DNA of 64,000 bases from Steroidobacteraceae bacterium (GTDB lineage Bacteria > Pseudomonadota > Gammaproteobacteria > Steroidobacterales > Steroidobacteraceae), in NCBI GenBank assembly GCA_035277305.1, contig DATEKT010000195.1, forward strand, positions 6,329-70,328. Reading direction: 5' to 3'. This document shows, piece by piece, positions 59,304 through 64,000 of this stretch. The notes under the pieces were generated by a model. That model saw only the letters and a program-made list of their open reading frames with translations, did not search any database and was not told where the DNA came from. The position numbers were made by a program, and so were the translations under genes. Numbering within the stretch: the first letter of the stretch is position 1; each line of letters opens with the position of its first letter.

Positions 59304-61247
59304 CTACTTGGTCAGCTTGCCGAGCATGCGCGACAGCAGCGAATCGTTCTTCGGCAACTTGCGGATGCCGCTCTCGGACAGCTGGACTTCGCGTGCCTCG
59401 TCGAGCAGTTGCTCCGCGAGGCTCTTCTTCTCGATCGACGGCAGCGTCTTATGCTTGCCCGTGTTGCCTGTCTTGGCACGCGCCGTCTTGGTGCTGCCTG
59501 CGGACCTCGCGGCGCTCTTAAGCGCCTTGTGCTTGCCGGTCGCGCTCTTCTTGAACGAGCCGGTGTCGAGCGGCCGGAACGAGCCGGTCGCGGCTGTGTC
59601 GACGCCCGGCTCGACTTCCATCGTCACGGTCGGCACGACCGGGCGCGCGCTGCGCGCGTTGTTCAGCTCGACGACTTTCGCTTCCTGGGCCGGTGCGGCC
59701 GGCTTCTTCGTCGACGGCGCATCCTTGAAGCGCGCGTGCTCCGCGACGCTGACGCGCATGACGCTCGGCGAGCCGAAGAACGTGTTCAGGTAGCCCATGA
59801 CCGCTTCCGCCGACACGGCTTCCTTGAAGAAGCCGAGACGCAGCGAGTGCACGATCTTGCCGCTGCCGGCTGTCGCGACCGAGTAGAGGCGATAGGCCTC
59901 GAAGATGTCGAGCCGCGGCATGGCGTCGAGATTCACGGGTTGATCGGAGACTGCCAGCTGCACGGCGAACCACTTCTCCTGCGCCGCGTCCTCCATCTCC
60001 GCGCTCGTCAGCGCGCGAATTGTCTGTGTGCTGTCGAGCTCGGGCGGCGGAACGTTCGACACAGCGGCGATGCGAACCGCCGGCAGCGCGGGCGCAGCGG
60101 CCGGTTTCGGTGCAGCGGGTTTCGCTGCGGCCACGACCGGAGCTTGCGCGGGCTTCGCGGGAGTTACGACCGGCTTGGTCGCCGCAGGCTTGACCGCCGC
60201 GGGTGTGACCGGTGCGGCCGGTTTCGCAGGCTCGGACTCGAGCCGGATGCCGGCGTCTTTGATCTCGATGCCTTTGCCGACGTGGAACGCGCCTGTGGCT
60301 GCTGCGCGCTGCGTATCGACAGGCGCCGGCGGCGGATCGGAGAACGTGAGGTCGAGCGCACGCACACGCATGCTGCTCGCCGGATCCGCCTTGCTCGCTT
60401 GCACGATCGGAGCAGCAGGCTTTGCGATCGGCTTGGCGGCGACGGGCTTTGCAGGTTTTGCAACGGGCGGCGCCACCTTCGGCGCGAGCTTGAGCGCCGG
60501 ATGTTTCGCCGTATCGGACGTGTTCTTCTCGGGCTCCACCTTCGCCTTCACGATCCCGGTGGCAACGGTCTTGGCGATCGCAGCATCCGCGGCGGGCGTG
60601 AGCGAGGGCGGTTCCCAGGAGAAATCGTCGAGACCATCGGTCGGCTTCACTGCGGGCTTGGCAGCTTTCGCCTCGGTCGGCGGCGTTTCGGGTTCCCAGC
60701 TGAGCTCGATGACTTCGGGATCGACCGGTGCGAGCGTCCTCGCTGCAGCGGGCGATTGCTTCGCAGGCGCGACCGGCGCGGTCGCTTGCTTCGCAGTCGA
60801 TGCAGCAGGAGCTGCAGCAGCTTTCGGTTGAGCGACAGGTGCGGGCGCGGGTTTGGCGACAGCAGCGACAGGACGCGGTGCCGGCGCGGCGGCAGCAGCC
60901 GCGTCCGGGAGGAAGCCACGCGTGAAGCGACGATCTTCTTCGCACAGGCACGTGGTGAATGCAGTCGGGTATTGCTGGCGCACGACGGTGAGCACGCTTT
61001 CCGCGTGCGACTCGCTCGTGAAGAAACCGAGCCGCAGGCGATGACGCGTGCGGCCGTCCTCGTTGCGCGCAACCTGGTAGAGACGATAGTTTTCGAGGCC
61101 GGGGATGTTGTTGCCGTCGAGTCGCACCGGCGCGATCGACGCGCACAGATTGATGACGAACAGTGCCGAGCCGGTGCCGTTGGCTGCTGCTATGGGCGCA
61201 GGCAGCGGCGTCACGACGGCCTGAGCGGTGTTGGTGCTCTTTTCCAC
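59304..61247 (-). CDS. Hypothetical protein with two SPOR-like domains, Pro/Ala/Lys-rich linker and C-terminal amphipathic helix
   Basis: Internal duplication YRLY...LRLGFF....AE.V at the N- and C-terminal ends; purine-rich RBS before GTG 61247. Confidence 0.8.
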   Translation of the reverse strand: MEKSTNTAQAVVTPLPAPIAAANGTGSALFVINLCASIAPVRLDGNNIPGLENYRLYQVARNEDGRTRHRLRLGFFTSESHAESVLTVVRQQYPTAFTTCLCEEDRRFTRGFLPDAAAAAAPAPRPVAAVAKPAPAPVAQPKAAAAPAASTAKQATAPVAPAKQSPAAARTLAPVDPEVIELSWEPETPPTEAKAAKPAVKPTDGLDDFSWEPPSLTPAADAAIAKTVATGIVKAKVEPEKNTSDTAKHPALKLAPKVAPPVAKPAKPVAAKPIAKPAAPIVQASKADPASSMRVRALDLTFSDPPPAPVDTQRAAATGAFHVGKGIEIKDAGIRLESEPAKPAAPVTPAAVKPAATKPVVTPAKPAQAPVVAAAKPAAPKPAAAPALPAVRIAAVSNVPPPELDSTQTIRALTSAEMEDAAQEKWFAVQLAVSDQPVNLDAMPRLDIFEAYRLYSVATAGSGKIVHSLRLGFFKEAVSAEAVMGYLNTFFGSPSVMRVSVAEHARFKDAPSTKKPAAPAQEAKVVELNNARSARPVVPTVTMEVEPGVDTAATGSFRPLDTGSFKKSATGKHKALKSAARSAGSTKTARAKTGNTGKHKTLPSIEKKSLAEQLLDEAREVQLSESGIRKLPKNDSLLSRMLGKLTK

Positions 61248-61416
61248 GTCTTCTTCCCCATGCCCGAAAGCGAATCGACCAGGGCCAAGCGTTCGCGGCC
61301 CGACATGACTCATTTCGAGTGGGGTGAGAGCGCGCTTGATGCGCATCGCGCTCGATCACGGACGGGTTCGCGATTTTCTTCTGGCGAATCCGCTGCCGCG
61401 ATCCGATCGCGGCTCC

Positions 61417-61502
61417 GTGGCAACCCCGCTGTCTTAGGAAATGAATCCGTTAGACCGGAAGCTTTGCGTCCTCGCCTTTCGGCGAGTTTGCCCTTGGGAA
61501 CG
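61417..61502 (-). ncRNA. Cyclic di-GMP-I (GEMM-I) riboswitch
   Basis: Minus strand GGGCAAA-CTCGCC-GAAA-GGCGAG-GACGCAAAGC-TTCCGGTCTAA...GACAGCGGGG-TTGCC matches the class I architecture. Confidence 0.92.
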
Positions 61503-61666
61503 ATTTGATAATCCGCTTGCAAGCGGGGATAAGTCAAGCGGTTTGGTCGCTTTCAGCCGACAGTGGATTCGGCGACAAGTCGCAGTCTGTAGGGATTTTG
61601 AGGTTATGTCGTACCTCGGATGCGACGGCGAAACAGTTCGTGAACCGCTACCGAAGATTCGTCAAA

Positions 61667-62002
61667 TCAAACGGCCATTCGCGTCCACGCTTCCTTGCTC
61701 GCACTCGCCGGTTCGCCCGCCATGATGCGCGGCGCGAGCTGCGAAACGATGTGGACCTGTGCGGCATCGGACAAGCCGAGCGCACGCAACGCGCCTTCGA
61801 GTCCGTCGATCAGCTGGCGTCGTTCGTTCTCGTTCGGGCAACTGTCGCGCGCGAGTGCAGCGAGCTCGTCCCCGACGCTCTGCAGCGTCTCGGCGATCGA
61901 CGGCGCGAACTCGCTCAGGTCGCCGCGCAGGCGCGCGGCGAAGCGAAACGAGTTGTACGCGCACTCGTAGGCGCGATGGCGCAGCTTGAGGTTCTTCAAC
62001 AT
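61667..62002 (-). CDS. Hypothetical helical protein
   Basis: 111-aa ORF with typical codon usage; no motif recognised. Confidence 0.6.
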   Translation of the reverse strand: MLKNLKLRHRAYECAYNSFRFAARLRGDLSEFAPSIAETLQSVGDELAALARDSCPNENERRQLIDGLEGALRALGLSDAAQVHIVSQLAPRIMAGEPASASKEAWTRMAV

Positions 62003-62192
62003 GCCCACTTGCAGTGCCTCCACGACCGGCTCATCGTGCCGGTCGGGGCAAAGTGTGGAGCGCGTCGCACTCAAGGCGGTGTGCGCTGGATCGCAAAACT
62101 CGCCCGGTCACGGGCGTTGCTTTTACGCTGCCTTACGGATCAAGCGCGTAGCGGAGCAAAAAAATCGATTGACTTCCTGCCCGGGTTTTCGA

Positions 62193-62492
62193 CTACGCGC
62201 GGCCGACGTTGCGGTCGGTGGGCGAGTGGAAATATTCGCTCTCTTCGGCGAACTGCCGCATCAGCCGGCGCAGCTCTTCGATGCGGCCTTCGGCGGTGCT
62301 GATCGGCACGCACTCTTCGCATTCCGGATCGGCGCACGGCTGGCGCGAATACAGCCAGTACTGCACGGCGCCGGCGAGCAGGCCGTCGGCGATGTCCCAG
62401 ATGTCGGCCTTGTCGTCGGTGTCGGCGATTCTGTTACCGAGATCGACGGCTTTGCCGAAAGCTTCGCTGAATGGATTGTCGGTTTCCTGCAT
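62193..62492 (-). CDS. Hypothetical protein with CxxPxCxxC motif
   Basis: GAGG RBS; QPCADPECEEC. Confidence 0.7.
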   Translation of the reverse strand: MQETDNPFSEAFGKAVDLGNRIADTDDKADIWDIADGLLAGAVQYWLYSRQPCADPECEECVPISTAEGRIEELRRLMRQFAEESEYFHSPTDRNVGRA

Positions 62493-62595
62493 GGCGTGCC
62501 TCACGCCCCAATCTGTTTCCGCCCGCTGGCGAGTTGCGGTCATTGTACCGGACTGGTCTACTGGCGCACCGTTTGAGTTGTCCGGGAATTTCGCC

Positions 62596-62997
62596 ATGGC
62601 CGATGAACGTAATCAGGATCCGCAGATGGATGCGGCCGCGCTTTACCGCGAGGAAATGTTCACCGACCGCAAAGTCGGTGCGATCCGCCGCCTGACGCCC
62701 GTTACGGCTCAGGGCGAGACGGATGCCACGCGCCCGGTGCTGTTCATCGGCCAGGCGGAGATCATGACCAACATGGGTCCGGTGCCGCTGAGCTTCGAGA
62801 TCGACGGCAAGACGCTCGATCAGGCAGTCGCGGGGTTCTCCGCCGCAGCAACGGTTGCGATCGAGCGCACCGTGCAGCAGATCCAGGAGCTGCGGCGGCA
62901 ACAGGCTTCGCAACTGGTCGTGCCCCAGGGCGGCATGCCGAACCTCGGCCCCGGCGGGCCGGGCGGCCGCGGCGGCGGCAAGATTCAGATTCCGTAA
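62596..62997 (+). CDS. Conserved-looking hypothetical cytoplasmic protein
   Basis: LYREEMFTDRKVGAIRRLTPV...PLSFEI, Gly-rich tail ending GGKIQIP. Confidence 0.75.
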   Translation: MADERNQDPQMDAAALYREEMFTDRKVGAIRRLTPVTAQGETDATRPVLFIGQAEIMTNMGPVPLSFEIDGKTLDQAVAGFSAAATVAIERTVQQIQELRRQQASQLVVPQGGMPNLGPGGPGGRGGGKIQIP

Positions 62998-63004
62998 AAC
63001 TCGT

Positions 63005-64000
63005 CTATTGGGGCGTGGGTTGCTGGGCGACCGGCTCGCCGCCCGGCGCGGGCGCCGCGCCGGCTTCCTGCACCATCAGCAGATTGCCGTTCTCCTGGCT
63101 GATGGCCTGCTCCGTGCGCTTGTTCATCACCACGATGCTGATGCGGCGATTGACCGGGCTCTCCGGCTGCGACGCATCCAGCAGCACGCTCGAAGCGAGG
63201 CCGACCACCCGGCCGATCTTCTCGGCCGGCAGCCCGCCCGAGATTAGTGCGCGGCGCGCGGCGTTGGCGCGATCCGCCGAGAGCTCCCAGTTCGTGTAGT
63301 TCACCGCGACGTAGGGCTTCATGTCGGTGTGGCCGCTGATGCTGATACGGTTCGGCACGCTGCTGATGATGTGCGCGAGCTCCTTGATGATGTCGCTGCT
63401 GAAGTTCTCGAGCCGCGCGCTGCCGAGCGGGAACATCGAGCGGCGCTCGTGATCGATGATCTGGATGCGCACGCCTTCCGGCGTCACGTCGAGCAGGATC
63501 TGATCCTTGTACTTCGCGAGCGACTCGCGCTCGTCGATGCCTTTCTTCAGCGCGTCCATCAGGCCGGCGAGACGCTCGTTGTCGAGCTTCTCGTTCGCTT
63601 CCTCGTCTTTGCGCGCGGCGTCGTCGTCCGGCCGCGTCGCGGTCTGCACACCCGGCGTCGGTGGCGCAACCGGCGCGGGCGGCGCCGGGTCGTGATGCAA
63701 CTCCATGCCGCCGCCGAGCTTGATCATGCTGGTGCTCGCGCCGCCCGGGCCCTGGATCGGCGACGGCGAGGGCACCGGGCTCGCGCCCTGGAGGTCGGAC
63801 GGATTGTTAAAGTACTGGGAGATCGCGCCGCGCTGCTCCTCGGTGGTGGCTTCCATCAGCCACATGAGCAGGAAGAACGCCATCATCGCCGTCGCGAAGT
63901 CGGCGAAGGCCACTTTCCACGAGCCGCCGTGGTGACCGTGGCCGCCCTTCTTGATCTTCTTGATGATGATCGGGCGCGGCTCTTCTCCGTCTTCGAGTTT
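63005..64000 (-). CDS. motB: Flagellar motor stator protein MotB (start lies beyond the window end)
   Basis: HHGGSWKVAFADFATAMMAFFLLMWL (conserved Asp) and OmpA-like ISGHTD, NWELSADRA, NRRISI. Confidence 0.95.
   Translation of the reverse strand, partial: KLEDGEEPRPIIIKKIKKGGHGHHGGSWKVAFADFATAMMAFFLLMWLMEATTEEQRGAISQYFNNPSDLQGASPVPSPSPIQGPGGASTSMIKLGGGMELHHDPAPPAPVAPPTPGVQTATRPDDDAARKDEEANEKLDNERLAGLMDALKKGIDERESLAKYKDQILLDVTPEGVRIQIIDHERRSMFPLGSARLENFSSDIIKELAHIISSVPNRISISGHTDMKPYVAVNYTNWELSADRANAARRALISGGLPAEKIGRVVGLASSVLLDASQPESPVNRRISIVVMNKRTEQAISQENGNLLMVQEAGAAPAPGGEPVAQQPTPQ

Noticed and set aside
60050-60900. Repetitive GC-rich sequence as a tandem repeat or CRISPR array
   Set aside because: It is the coding Pro/Ala/Lys linker. 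There is no constant repeat-spacer structure and no cas genes.

Overview
High-GC bacterial chromosomal window. Gene content suggests a Steroidobacterales/Xanthomonadales-like gammaproteobacterium (inference). I found no tRNA, rRNA, CRISPR array, transposase or prophage. The main finding is the minus-strand run at ~0.85-8.2 kb, where two RiPP systems sit in one tightly coupled gene string. First comes a bufferin-type MNIO locus (six-Cys secreted precursor, DUF692, DUF2063). Next is a zeta-class GST (maiA), then a split-borosin alpha-N-methyltransferase fused to a GNAT acetyltransferase. These are followed by its 88-aa precursor (Cys-Cys core, poly-acidic tail) and two diguanylate cyclases. Other highlights are a PspA/ESCRT-III + Cdc48/Vps4-like AAA+ ATPase + membrane protein + SBP-OmpA operon (25.9-30.9 kb) and a c-di-GMP-I riboswitch ahead of an unknown twin SPOR-like protein (59.3-61.5 kb). 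There is also a candidate structured RNA (~12.5-12.66 kb), a 30-bp palindrome present twice and a calmodulin-like EF-hand protein. The rest is a stress/two-component cluster, acs, hrpB, tesB, two Ser/Thr kinase-TPR proteins, cydAB, a ydcSTUV-patD polyamine operon, an NdvB-like glucan synthase, an Att-like ABC system, HiPIP, rraA and motB. All family calls come from motif recognition by eye, not database searches. Several starts were trimmed from the ORF track using RBS or gene-overlap evidence.
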